The notes below the pieces were generated by a model, which saw only the letters and a list, made by a program, of their open reading frames with translations, was not told the origin of the DNA and searched no databases. This document shows, one piece after another, positions 1 to 8,758 of a stretch of 64,000 nucleotides of DNA; within the stretch, counting starts at the first letter, position 1; each line of letters begins with the position of its first letter. The stretch is from a virus. Lineage: Duplodnaviria; Caudoviricetes. The DNA is taken from positions 64,001-128,000 of IMG/VR virus record IMGVR_UViG_3300014205_005221, one strand, 5' to 3'. The position numbers and the translations under genes were made by a program.

Positions 1-147
1 GGCAACACGGCGGAACTCCTCCGCCGGTGAAAGCAGCTCCTCGCCCGCAGCCCACCGTCCGGCGTACTTCGAACAACCGCCTACGTGAGCATCGATCGCC
101 TTGACCGAACCGGTCTCGCCGCAACCCGGGCACATTCCCTGAGCCAT
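1..147 (-). CDS. Hypothetical Zn-finger protein (3' end outside window)
   Basis: Own translation MAQGMCPGCGETGSVKAIDAHVGGC..., open to the window edge. Confidence 0.6.
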   Translation of the reverse strand, partial: MAQGMCPGCGETGSVKAIDAHVGGCSKYAGRWAAGEELLSPAEEFRRVA

Positions 148-217
148 ACCCGCACCATCCCTCACCCCCGACGATTCGGCCGGGGCCACCGTCCTACCCG
201 CCGGGTCCGCAAATAGT

Positions 218-252
218 ACAGGCCCCCTTGACGAATGCCAAAGGGGGCCTGT
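218..252 (-). terminator. Probable intrinsic terminator
   Basis: 12-bp inverted repeat acaggccccctt/aagggggcctgt just after the methyltransferase stop. Confidence 0.7.
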
Positions 253-266
253 GTCAACATCGAACT

Positions 267-944
267 TCACCAGTGTCGGTACCGACGGTCTTCCTGACGC
301 TTCCGGGCCTTGAGCAGATCCCGAGCCCAGTGGTCGACGAACCCGCAGCGCCGGGAGTACCTGCGCCCCAGCGCTCCCATCTCGGCCAAGTTGTCGGTGG
401 ACAAGTGCTGCCAGATGTCGAACCACGCCGCGTCGAAGCGAAAGTCCTTCGGGAGCACGTCCTTGGGCTCGAACACCGAACCGGTCAGGATCGTGAGCTT
501 CTTCCCCGCCGCCTCGACCAGGCGGGTCAGGTGCGGCCCGACCAGCGCGACCACGGCGAGATCGATCTCGATGACCGTGATCTCCCGGACCGAAGGCACG
601 ATGCACAGGCCCGTGACGACCATGCCCATTCCGAGACCGCCGATCAGCACGGTCTCCGCCTCAATCTCGTGACAACGCCGCACGAACGGAATGTGATCGT
701 CCATCTCGTCGACGGAGTCGCTCATCCAAAGCCCGCCGTGACGGTACAGCGCAGTGATGGTTCCGGCGCCCTGTCGCATGCCACGGCCGCCGTGCATCGC
801 TCCGTAGAGCATCGACGCCCTGGCCTCGTCCTCGCTGATGACCCGAGGACGGACCGATACCACACCGAACTCACCCGTCGGAAGCGTGCTGCGCATGGCC
901 GCGCGAATCTCGCTGTAGCCGATGCGGGTCTCTGTGTTCGTCAT
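267..944 (-). CDS. SAM-dependent methyltransferase / spermidine-synthase-like fold protein
   Basis: VLIGGLGMG motif I, ITVIEID acidic motif, FDAAWFDIW. Confidence 0.75.
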   Translation of the reverse strand: MTNTETRIGYSEIRAAMRSTLPTGEFGVVSVRPRVISEDEARASMLYGAMHGGRGMRQGAGTITALYRHGGLWMSDSVDEMDDHIPFVRRCHEIEAETVLIGGLGMGMVVTGLCIVPSVREITVIEIDLAVVALVGPHLTRLVEAAGKKLTILTGSVFEPKDVLPKDFRFDAAWFDIWQHLSTDNLAEMGALGRRYSRRCGFVDHWARDLLKARKRQEDRRYRHW

Positions 945-950
945 GCCAAC

Positions 951-979
951 AAGCTAGCACACACTGGCAAGGCAAGCAA
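951..979 (-). promoter_or_regulatory. Housekeeping-sigma (HrdB/sigma70-type) leaderless promoter
   Basis: Minus strand TTGCTT-N17-TAGCTT-N6-ATG(944). Confidence 0.6.
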
Positions 980-981
980 GT

Positions 982-1449
982 CTACGGGTTCGGCACCCAG
1001 CGCGTACGCTCCCGGTCCCAGGTCAGCCGACCACGCATGCCCTCCATGATCAAACGGTTCAGATCGTGGTGTGCAAACGGATGGTCAGGACTGCACGCAA
1101 CAGACGGTCCCGACGTCGGCTTTGTCTCGTCACCAATAGGGGACGGAGAGCTGTGAAAATCCGTGCCATCAAAATGCACGTACAGAGTCCACCGGGAGAA
1201 CCATCCGAACTCTTCGCACTCTTCGATACCGGGCCACCAGCCGGTCCAGATCTGGTTCTCTTCCGGAATCGGCTCAAAGACGTTCTCACACATCAAAATG
1301 AAAGATCCGTCTTTTTCTTCTATCTCGTCGCCATGACAGAAAGCCTGACCACCACAAATGACACATCGCGCCACATCACAGCCGTCAACATGACGAGAAC
1401 CCGGCTCCACACCGCAATCAGGACAATTGGTTTTCTCACCCAGAGTCAT
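982..1449 (-). CDS. Hypothetical Cys-rich protein
   Basis: CPDC and CxxC motifs; co-oriented with neighbours. Confidence 0.65.
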   Translation of the reverse strand: MTLGEKTNCPDCGVEPGSRHVDGCDVARCVICGGQAFCHGDEIEEKDGSFILMCENVFEPIPEENQIWTGWWPGIEECEEFGWFSRWTLYVHFDGTDFHSSPSPIGDETKPTSGPSVACSPDHPFAHHDLNRLIMEGMRGRLTWDRERTRWVPNP

Positions 1450-1450
1450 G

Positions 1451-1720
1451 TCAAGCGTGTCCGTATCCGGTGTTCACCATCTCGACACCGAACAAAAACG
1501 CCCTTCCCTCAGAAGAGATGGCCCACGCGCGCTCCCTGCCTCCTTCGGGAGAAATACGGCTTGCCCTCGGCGAAATAAACCAGTGCGCCTCTAACCACTT
1601 CGCGATGTGCAATTCCTCTTCGTTGAAGATAAATGCTCCTCCAGACGCCCTCATGCGAAAAAGACATTCCACAGCCTTGTCTCCATCGTCGGCGCTAACA
1701 AGATTGAACGGCTCCACCAT
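1451..1720 (-). CDS. Hypothetical protein
   Basis: Start re-assigned to MVEPFN after a GGGAG RBS. Confidence 0.55.
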   Translation of the reverse strand: MVEPFNLVSADDGDKAVECLFRMRASGGAFIFNEEELHIAKWLEAHWFISPRASRISPEGGRERAWAISSEGRAFLFGVEMVNTGYGHA

Positions 1721-1751
1721 GCTCTCCCAACCCCCTTCTGTTGCTTGTCTT

Positions 1752-2609
1752 CTACCCGAACACGAGCGACCACAGCGACGAATACAGACCCGGCCACCAC
1801 GCCAGCGCAACGAACGCCGTCACCACCCACGAGAACGTCCGCAGCTTCAGCTCCGCCCACTCCGAGGATCCGGTCGAGAGCAGCGCCGACTGAGGGCGGA
1901 CGTGGATCGGGTAGTACCGCTGCCCCCGGATCCGGATCGGCCACAGCAACGGCACGCCCGTCTTCGTCGCCGCGTCACCGAGTGAGTGCGCGAGCATGCC
2001 GACCGAAACCGACACACCGACACCGAGTCCGACAGCTGGAGCGATCAGCTCGGAGGCGATCCGCAACGGCTCCTCGGCCGTCGTCGTCACGAGCCACCAG
2101 AGCGCCGTACCCGCGACCAACGCCAGCACGAGACCGCGTACCTCTCCGAGCAGCCACGAGCCCACCAGCGCCACGATCAGGCCCGCCACGACAGCCAGCG
2201 CGAGAGCGGGCCAGCGGGTCGCGAGCAGATACGAGACCCACCCGAACACCAGCCCGGATACCACCGCCGAGATGCCGAAATGACTCAGCCCGCGATGTCC
2301 ACGGAAGTCGCCCTCAGATACGTCGCGCGAAGTTGCTGACATGTCGAACACCCAACACGACATGCGATGCACGAACAGATGCACCGCGCCGCTGATCAGC
2401 CCCATCGATCGGGTGGCCGTCGAATTGTGGTGATCGAGGTCGGGCCACAACGCCGCGCGCCCTGCCAGCCACGCAATCAGCAGTGCTCCCGCGACCGCGA
2501 GCACGCACGCCCACACAGGCGCGGGTGCAGGCACGACATACGGGCGCACACACGCAGCCACGCACGCGCCTGCACAGATACCAGTGACGCGATGCGTCAA
2601 GCCTATCAT
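1752..2609 (-). CDS. Membrane metal-dependent hydrolase (YdjM/LexA-binding family-like)
   Basis: N-terminal TH, PDLDH, HRGLSH and HSLGD motifs with several TM helices; start at MIGLTH 7 nt after GGGTATGA. Confidence 0.8.
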   Translation of the reverse strand: MIGLTHRVTGICAGACVAACVRPYVVPAPAPVWACVLAVAGALLIAWLAGRAALWPDLDHHNSTATRSMGLISGAVHLFVHRMSCWVFDMSATSRDVSEGDFRGHRGLSHFGISAVVSGLVFGWVSYLLATRWPALALAVVAGLIVALVGSWLLGEVRGLVLALVAGTALWWLVTTTAEEPLRIASELIAPAVGLGVGVSVSVGMLAHSLGDAATKTGVPLLWPIRIRGQRYYPIHVRPQSALLSTGSSEWAELKLRTFSWVVTAFVALAWWPGLYSSLWSLVFG

Positions 2610-2698
2610 GACGAAGTCATACCCGTCACCCACAGCACCCGATGATGTCCTGCACAAAAGGGGGTCTGGGGGAAAAGTATGTCTTACAGGTCAGAAGG

Positions 2699-2740
2699 CC
2701 GCAGCCCTGTCCTGTGCACAGTGCTAGGACAGGGCTGCGG
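2699..2740. repeat. 15-bp inverted repeat after traB (terminator and/or part of clt)
   Basis: ccgcagccctgtcct (2699-2713) / aggacagggctgcgg (2726-2740). Confidence 0.75.
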
Positions 2741-2763
2741 AATCCTCGTGGACAGCAAGGATG

Positions 2764-4770
2764 TCACTTAGAGCTGTCAACGGCAGACTGAGTGGACAGG
2801 AACCGCGTGAGGACGTAATTGGTCCCCTCACCCCCCGGCTGAGAGATCAGACCCTTGTCGATCCACGTCTTCTTTTCACGGTGGAACCACGAATTTCCGC
2901 GATCGGCCGCCTCGCGCAGCTCCTTGGCTGCAGCTCCGGGCAACCCACGCTGTTCCAACATTGCGAACACCGCCGCCTCACCCTGCGGAAGATCCGCCAG
3001 GCGCTCCGCAGCCGTGCGCGGCTCCTGCGCAGGCACCAGAGGCGTGGGCTGGGCAGCACCCTGTCCGGCAAGGCGAGCATGGTGACGCGCGATCTCCGCC
3101 ATGGACACATCCGGGCCGGTCAGGTCGTAAGCCGGGATCGGATCCGGAGTGATGTCAGTGACCGTCGCACCCTCATCCTCGGAATCAGACATGTCCGCCT
3201 CCTCATCTCCATCACCGTATCGAGCTGCACACCGCGCGGCGTAGAGCGGCGACACCGAGCACGCCGCGTTCCGAGATCCCTCATCAAGAGGCAACCCCGG
3301 TGCCCGTACCGCCAACACCATCTCCACCATCTCATCGGTGACTCGGTAATAGCGCAGCGGCATGCCCGTCCACCTGTCACGATCCTGCACATAGCAAGTG
3401 CCCGGCTGCGAGGACGGAATCAGGTTTGCCCCGACCTTCCGATTCGGGATGATGTAGGACTCGTGCGACTCCGCCTCGGTGCGGAAACAGATCCGCTGAT
3501 TGAGACGGTCACGGAACTGGCTCGTCCGTGTCGCCTCCAGAGTCGGGTTCTGTGTCGCGCCATTGACCGACATACCGAGAGCACGACCGGTGGTCGCCAG
3601 CCGGACGAGAACTTCCTCCACCCGGCGCATGGCCTTGTGGTCACGACCGTTGGATGCCGCCACCATGCGGTGCAGCTCGTCGATCCATACGAACAGCAAC
3701 GGAGCGGTGGGAGAGACCGGCCACGCCTTGCGGCCCGCGCGAGTGTTCTCCTCACCGCGATACGTCATGATCGCGTCGAGCGCCTGCAGCGACTCATCAA
3801 TGTCCTCAGGACGAGTGATGAGGTTGTCCATGATCGCGTCGAACGGCGCGATCTCCATGCCGTCCTTGAGGTCGTAACCCCACTGGGTGCCATCCGAACG
3901 ACACGAGATGTCGAGGATGTGCAGGGTCAGACCGCCGGACTTACCCGAGCCCTGCGAACCGCCAAACAGCTTGTTGACTACAGCGTTGATGTCACGCTCG
4001 TAGTATGGGATGTAGGCGATCTTGCCGTCTTCCTGGATACCCACCGCGCACGGGACGTCCACCGACAGATCTCCGCCGTCGTCGCCCTGCTGCGGACCCG
4101 GCCACTCGACAGCCTCGGTGATTGGGTTGTCCAGGAACGACATGTAGTCGACACGGTTGGTGTCACGGTTGTGCTTGACCAGACGCAACGTGCCCTCGGG
4201 AAGGCCCATCGCGCCCTCCAGCTGTTCGCGACGGTCCAGAACCTGCTTCACCGTTGTCGTGCCGCGCTCCCACACCAGGAAGCCCGCCTCGTTACCGTTT
4301 GGGCTCTTCTCCAAGATGTGCCGATTCGTCATGCCCAGCCCGAAATTGGCCGCGATCTCCGACCAGCCCCGCAGGTCATCCTCCAGATGCACCTGGGTGC
4401 GCTTGAACCGCGACGACCACCAACCCATGCCCAACAGGTGTAGGCCGATGACCCACCAGAACATGACGACCGCCCACTCCGACAGCGTCGTCGTCTGCCA
4501 CAACCACCACACCCACGCAGCCGACGCTCCCGCGCACACGAGCGCGTATCCGAGTCGGGTCCATCCGGTCAACCGGGTGAGCGTCCACATGAGCACGAGC
4601 AAGCCGATGACGGCGAGCGCGATCCACACCTCGGAGTGGTCACGCAGCGGCCAGGACAGATGTCCGAGCAGCAACACCACAAGCCCGGCGTAGTAGGGAC
4701 CAAGTCCCAGCCGCTGGGCATGGCGACGCTCCCACCAGGACATGTCCTCTTGGACTAAACGTCGCGTCAT
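2764..4770 (-). CDS. traB: TraB-type FtsK/SpoIIIE conjugative dsDNA translocase
   Basis: N-terminal TM helices, Walker A GSQGSGKS, DLKDG, Walker B WIDELH, ATQNP, C-terminal winged helix; this architecture is typical of actinomycete plasmid TraB. Confidence 0.85.
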   Translation of the reverse strand: MTRRLVQEDMSWWERRHAQRLGLGPYYAGLVVLLLGHLSWPLRDHSEVWIALAVIGLLVLMWTLTRLTGWTRLGYALVCAGASAAWVWWLWQTTTLSEWAVVMFWWVIGLHLLGMGWWSSRFKRTQVHLEDDLRGWSEIAANFGLGMTNRHILEKSPNGNEAGFLVWERGTTTVKQVLDRREQLEGAMGLPEGTLRLVKHNRDTNRVDYMSFLDNPITEAVEWPGPQQGDDGGDLSVDVPCAVGIQEDGKIAYIPYYERDINAVVNKLFGGSQGSGKSGGLTLHILDISCRSDGTQWGYDLKDGMEIAPFDAIMDNLITRPEDIDESLQALDAIMTYRGEENTRAGRKAWPVSPTAPLLFVWIDELHRMVAASNGRDHKAMRRVEEVLVRLATTGRALGMSVNGATQNPTLEATRTSQFRDRLNQRICFRTEAESHESYIIPNRKVGANLIPSSQPGTCYVQDRDRWTGMPLRYYRVTDEMVEMVLAVRAPGLPLDEGSRNAACSVSPLYAARCAARYGDGDEEADMSDSEDEGATVTDITPDPIPAYDLTGPDVSMAEIARHHARLAGQGAAQPTPLVPAQEPRTAAERLADLPQGEAAVFAMLEQRGLPGAAAKELREAADRGNSWFHREKKTWIDKGLISQPGGEGTNYVLTRFLSTQSAVDSSK

Positions 4771-4786
4771 CGGCTTGCTCGCCTTC

Positions 4787-5761
4787 TCAGTTCAGCAAAG
4801 AGTTCTTGTTGAGCGCCCAGTCATCCTGCGCAGCCTGGATCGCCGGAGCGTAGTGCTCCTCCCACGCCGCGATCGTTGCGTGCGCAGCGTTCTTGATGAT
4901 CTCACCGGCTTCGAGAATGGGCTTGAGGTGCGCGATGACCTCCGGCGGGAAGCCCGGGTTCTCCTCGTTCACTCCGCGCGACAGCGTTGCCGTGAACGAA
5001 TCGGTGAAGTCCTTCATCTTGTCACCGAAGTACCCGAGCACCGCCAGATGGTCATTCACCTGGGAACGCGTCTCCGGATACTGCTCCGCGTAATTCATGA
5101 GCGATGAAATCGCACCGCTCAGATCTCCATCAGCTGCCACAGCTCGACTTCCATTCAACTCGATGAGAGGACCCCAGCTCTTTGCAATCTCTGGAATCCG
5201 ATCCTTGCGGACCTTCTTTGTCTTCCTACCCTTAGGCTTGGAAAACTTCTCAGTCTTCTTACGACTACTTGGTGCTTTGAACTCCTTTTTAGGAGCAGCA
5301 ACCTTCTGTCCGCCGCCGTGTACGATCTGCAAAGAGCCAGAGTACTCAGCTTGATTAGCCGCTCGTGCTTTCTCGTACACTTCTTTGCGCAGCCTGAGAA
5401 TCTCCGAACGCGCCGCCGACTGAGCCGGATACCTCTTGAGCACCTCGAACTCCGTCGGAGTCAGACGGCCCTTCTTGAAGTCCCGGCGATCGAGGGCCTC
5501 ATGCCCCTTTTGCGCAAGATGATCCTTGGCGTAGGACAGCAGCGGGTTCGCCGCCCAGAACGCCGATCCCGTCGCCAATCCCTGCTCACGACGTTCACGA
5601 TGCTGGGAGATGTAGCTGCGCTTGAGAGCACGAGCCTCAGCCTGGCCCTTGCGATACGCGGTCCGGCGGGTAGCCGCAGCCTTACGCTGGTTGGCCCACG
5701 CCTGCTTGGCGGCCTTCTTTGCCTTGGACTTCGCGGCCCGGCGCCACTTCCCGCTACTCAC
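4787..5761 (-). CDS. Putative transfer accessory protein (TraA-like C-terminal helical domain, basic N-terminus)
   Basis: Immediately upstream of traB in the same operon; K/R-rich N-half and helical C-domain. Confidence 0.5.
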   Translation of the reverse strand: MSSGKWRRAAKSKAKKAAKQAWANQRKAAATRRTAYRKGQAEARALKRSYISQHRERREQGLATGSAFWAANPLLSYAKDHLAQKGHEALDRRDFKKGRLTPTEFEVLKRYPAQSAARSEILRLRKEVYEKARAANQAEYSGSLQIVHGGGQKVAAPKKEFKAPSSRKKTEKFSKPKGRKTKKVRKDRIPEIAKSWGPLIELNGSRAVAADGDLSGAISSLMNYAEQYPETRSQVNDHLAVLGYFGDKMKDFTDSFTATLSRGVNEENPGFPPEVIAHLKPILEAGEIIKNAAHATIAAWEEHYAPAIQAAQDDWALNKNSLLN

Positions 5762-6465
5762 GCCGACACCTCCGACTTACGTGCCGCGCGCCAACGTCCC
5801 TTTGTCGTCCGACCGTAATCATCGCCTACTCCGTGTCCCGCCTTGCGTACCGCCGCGACCAGCTCCGGGCCCGACGGAAGCTCGCGTCCCTCGCGCGCCG
5901 CTTGATCCAGGATCGCGAACGCAACCTCCTGCGGAGAACCGACGGGGCTCTTCGCCAGCGACAGCACCACAGGCGCAGGCTCTGTCACGATTTCCTGTGC
6001 AGGCTCCGATACCACGAGAGCCTTCTCCACCTCGTCCTGCACACGCTCCTGCACATGTTGATGGCGCTCATGAACATGTGCAGGAGCGGGCTTCATCGCG
6101 CGCAGCACGACGCCGACCAGGTGGATCAGCGCGCCCGCGATCAACGGGGGAAACACACCCGGCCATCCGGTCTCGGCGTAGTTCACCGCCATCGATCCCG
6201 CCAACGCCGCAAGACAAATGATCGCAGCGTAGTGACGAACCTGAGATGGCAGCACCGCAGACAGCCACACCGGTGTCGTCACCACGACCGTGCCGTCCAG
6301 AGCCACGATCAACATGATCGCAATGTAGCCAGGAACAATCGGGCTCTCGACATAGTGGTACGTCGAAAACGCCGACCAGCACAACGCAGACCCAATGACG
6401 AGACAAAGCGGAATGATCAGGCTGGCAATGCGAAACCGCCGTCGCGTCTGCTCAGACAAAGTCAA
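5758..6465 (-). CDS. Spd-like (DUF2637-type) membrane spread protein
   Basis: Four N-terminal TM helices (ALDG, SMAVN) and a C-terminal HTH-like tail; first gene of the tra operon; TTG start after GGAGGTG. Confidence 0.6.
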   Translation of the reverse strand: MTLSEQTRRRFRIASLIIPLCLVIGSALCWSAFSTYHYVESPIVPGYIAIMLIVALDGTVVVTTPVWLSAVLPSQVRHYAAIICLAALAGSMAVNYAETGWPGVFPPLIAGALIHLVGVVLRAMKPAPAHVHERHQHVQERVQDEVEKALVVSEPAQEIVTEPAPVVLSLAKSPVGSPQEVAFAILDQAAREGRELPSGPELVAAVRKAGHGVGDDYGRTTKGRWRAARKSEVSA

Positions 6466-6498
6466 TCGCACCTCCCTCGTCAACTCGAAAGGACTTTG

Positions 6499-6528
6499 AG
6501 AGTAAAGGGGGTCTTGCCAAAAAGCAAG
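6499..6528 (-). promoter_or_regulatory. Housekeeping-type promoter of the tra operon with overlapping candidate operator
   Basis: Minus strand TTGCTT-N17-TACTCT; inverted repeat CTTGC-N6-GCAAG (6513-6528) overlaps the -35. Confidence 0.55.
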
Positions 6529-6603
6529 TTGCCTTCGGCAGATCGATGCGGCGCAATACTGAATTGGGCAAGGGGCACTAGACAGACAAGCTACTATCAG
6601 AAC

Positions 6604-6906
6604 GTGACGGCCCCCGCTCCCGATGACACACCCTTCTCTTCACGACTGAGGGCGTTCATTGTTACGTATCACGAGGTCGTAGAGGCGATCAACGAAGATC
6701 CGGATCGCCAGCAGGCATGCCTGGACGCCACAAAACTGACCACCGCATTGCGGGGTCAGTACGAAGACGCCTCACACCAGCGTGCGATCATCGCCACAGA
6801 GGTTGTGGACTCCAGCAACATGAAGCTGAGTGGGCTTGCACGTCTTCTCGGAATCTCGAAACAGCGCGCCAATCAAATCGTCAAAATTGGACGCAGCTTA
6901 ATCTGA
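6604..6906 (+). CDS. Small HTH regulator divergent from the tra operon (TraR/Kor-like role)
   Basis: C-terminal HTH KLSGLARLLGISKQRANQIV; GTG start 6 nt after TACTAT; the only convincing plus-strand gene. Confidence 0.7.
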   Translation: MTAPAPDDTPFSSRLRAFIVTYHEVVEAINEDPDRQQACLDATKLTTALRGQYEDASHQRAIIATEVVDSSNMKLSGLARLLGISKQRANQIVKIGRSLI

Positions 6907-6907
6907 C

Positions 6908-7393
6908 TCAGAAAGTCGGGTCCTCAAGCTCCTCACCACGAGCGAGCACAGCTCTAGCTCCGTGGGGCTTGTCCAACGCTTCTCGACGTCCGGTCATGCA
7001 CAGCATGCCGGGGGCAGAACCGCACGGACGGACCGGGCACGGCGTCGCCAGAATCTCCGCTGTATAAAAACCAATCCTGTCGATGCGAGACAGCAACTCC
7101 GCAACAATCTCTGGCGGACACACATGCTTACGATGCAGCTGCGGAGTAATCGCCGAATACTCGTGCGTAGACGAGCGCTGCACCCACACATAATCCTGCA
7201 GGTGACCCGGGTCCACCACCGTCGGATCCAGCGGGTAGTGCCACACCGAACCGTCCGAGTCCTCGGTCCGGTCGAAAGCCCACAGCACCCGTGACTCGCA
7301 GATAGGACACTGCCCGTTGACGAGGGTGCGGTCGGTCGCGAACGGAACCGGGACAGCACCCGGGATGGGGCGCGGGCGGTGCAGGTCGGTCAC
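6908..7393 (-). CDS. Hypothetical Zn-finger protein
   Basis: CPIC...HVC and CPVRPC...C...H motifs. Confidence 0.65.
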   Translation of the reverse strand: MTDLHRPRPIPGAVPVPFATDRTLVNGQCPICESRVLWAFDRTEDSDGSVWHYPLDPTVVDPGHLQDYVWVQRSSTHEYSAITPQLHRKHVCPPEIVAELLSRIDRIGFYTAEILATPCPVRPCGSAPGMLCMTGRREALDKPHGARAVLARGEELEDPTF

Positions 7394-7845
7394 TTCACAG
7401 CATTCGCCGACAGCCGCTGGCGATCCAGCAGCAGCTCAGCGGTCTCGCAGATTTCCGACCAGTAGCGATCGACCAGAATCTCCGCGCGCGACGCCACGTA
7501 GCCGTAAGTGAAATCCGAGCCAGCCCGCAGGCTCTCGAACTCAGCATCATCTTCCGAGCACGACCTGTCGTGGCTCCACCAACTCATGTCGCCAAGATCG
7601 CGCTGACGAAGAAACTTCATCTCCGCCGGACGAGACACCGCCAGAATGGTCAGATGCGCGAGCAGCGTGTCCTCAGAACCATCCCAGGCCCGGACCAGCC
7701 ACGCATTGCCGCGAGTCACCCGACCCGACCAGAAACCGGTAATCAGCTCCACGCGCTCCAGGTCGATGCCGAGCCGCTTCGTCGCGACCGCATGCGCAGC
7801 TTCATGTACCGCGAGAACCCGCGCGGTGCGGTCATCTTCGTGCAT
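7390..7845 (-). CDS. HExxH zinc metallopeptidase-like protein (M41/M50-like)
   Basis: AVHEAAHAV, SEDD, and an M41-like C-terminus AELLLDRQRL. Confidence 0.7.
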   Translation of the reverse strand: MHEDDRTARVLAVHEAAHAVATKRLGIDLERVELITGFWSGRVTRGNAWLVRAWDGSEDTLLAHLTILAVSRPAEMKFLRQRDLGDMSWWSHDRSCSEDDAEFESLRAGSDFTYGYVASRAEILVDRYWSEICETAELLLDRQRLSANAVK

Positions 7846-7871
7846 GTTTCGCTTCTACCCTTCAGAGACGC

Positions 7872-7910
7872 CAGCGGGGGCAGAGCCCGTACGGAACCCT
7901 GCCCCCGCTG
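7872..7910 (-). terminator. Probable terminator hairpin
   Basis: 12-bp inverted repeat cagcgggggcag/ctgcccccgctg. Confidence 0.65.
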
Positions 7911-7927
7911 AGGGGTTGATCAAGATG

Positions 7928-8302
7928 TCAGCTGTTGTCCTCAGCGGCAGCGACACCCTCGCCATCACCGGAGTACACCGCGTAGACCCGGATGACACGC
8001 TGGTCGCCCACGTCCTCGGAACGCGAGACAGCGTTGAACGAACCCTGCGGCTTGTAGGCCGCGACTCGACCCTGCTTGATGAGCGACGCGCGAGAGCTAG
8101 CCTTCGCGCGCACCTTCTTGGACTCGGCGCGAACCTCGTCCTTCTGCTCTTCGGTGGGATTCGCTGGGTACACCGGAACGGGGTACTCCTCGATGATGGC
8201 CCACTCGCCTGGGTTGGCTCGAAGCTGATCGGCAAGCTTCGCAGCAACCCCAGCCTGCTGACGGCCAGCAGGCTCCTTCCACTGCAGCTGAGCATCGGTC
8301 AT
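7928..8302 (-). CDS. Hypothetical protein (possible DNA-binding)
   Basis: Strong AAGGAG RBS; LRANPGEWA motif of the kind seen in small actinophage proteins. Confidence 0.7.
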   Translation of the reverse strand: MTDAQLQWKEPAGRQQAGVAAKLADQLRANPGEWAIIEEYPVPVYPANPTEEQKDEVRAESKKVRAKASSRASLIKQGRVAAYKPQGSFNAVSRSEDVGDQRVIRVYAVYSGDGEGVAAAEDNS

Positions 8303-8449
8303 GTCTGTCTGAACTCCTTGGTTTCAGTGTGGCAATTTGCCACTCTTCTAGACTTGTACCCGACCGCCCACTAAATGATTTGTTAACGGCGGAACGAATC
8401 TGATCTTAGCTCAGAATAACCGACAGCGCCTAATCAATCAGAAGGTTCT

Positions 8450-8758
8450 TTAGGAAACCACGCAATCCCCGCATGTGTAACTACCAGATGGGATCTCCGT
8501 CGCAATCATTAATGTCAGCTCTTCAGGTGTCAACCAACTTTTACAACGCACGCAACGTGTCGTTCCCACCGCACGACTGCCGCGACGAGCTTTCATGTGC
8601 TTGCAATCTTCACCAGCAGGGCCCGCACGATGCTCAAAATTGGGGCAGGTGCACGCGCGAGGAAACTCCCCCAGGAGAAACACCTCGTACACCGCACCCT
8701 TGGATCCGGCTACGCGGATCGCGTGATTTCTGACGTTGGAAAACGAACCTTTAGGCAT
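8450..8758 (-). CDS. SWIM zinc-finger protein
   Basis: CTCPNF...CKH SWIM signature plus CxxC pairs. Confidence 0.7.
   Translation of the reverse strand: MPKGSFSNVRNHAIRVAGSKGAVYEVFLLGEFPRACTCPNFEHRAGPAGEDCKHMKARRGSRAVGTTRCVRCKSWLTPEELTLMIATEIPSGSYTCGDCVVS

Noticed and set aside
5719-6603. N-terminal 295 codons of the 395-aa plus-strand ORF
   Set aside because: Antisense to the Spd-like gene; only the part from GTG 6604 has a promoter and an HTH motif
7853-7860. GGGTAGAA read as a Shine-Dalgarno or an integron attC core
   Set aside because: Poor match to AGGAGG, conserved TA and fixed 7-nt spacing, and it also occurs ahead of genes that have their own SD; no attC-like palindromes or integrase seen. 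A translational role is not fully excluded
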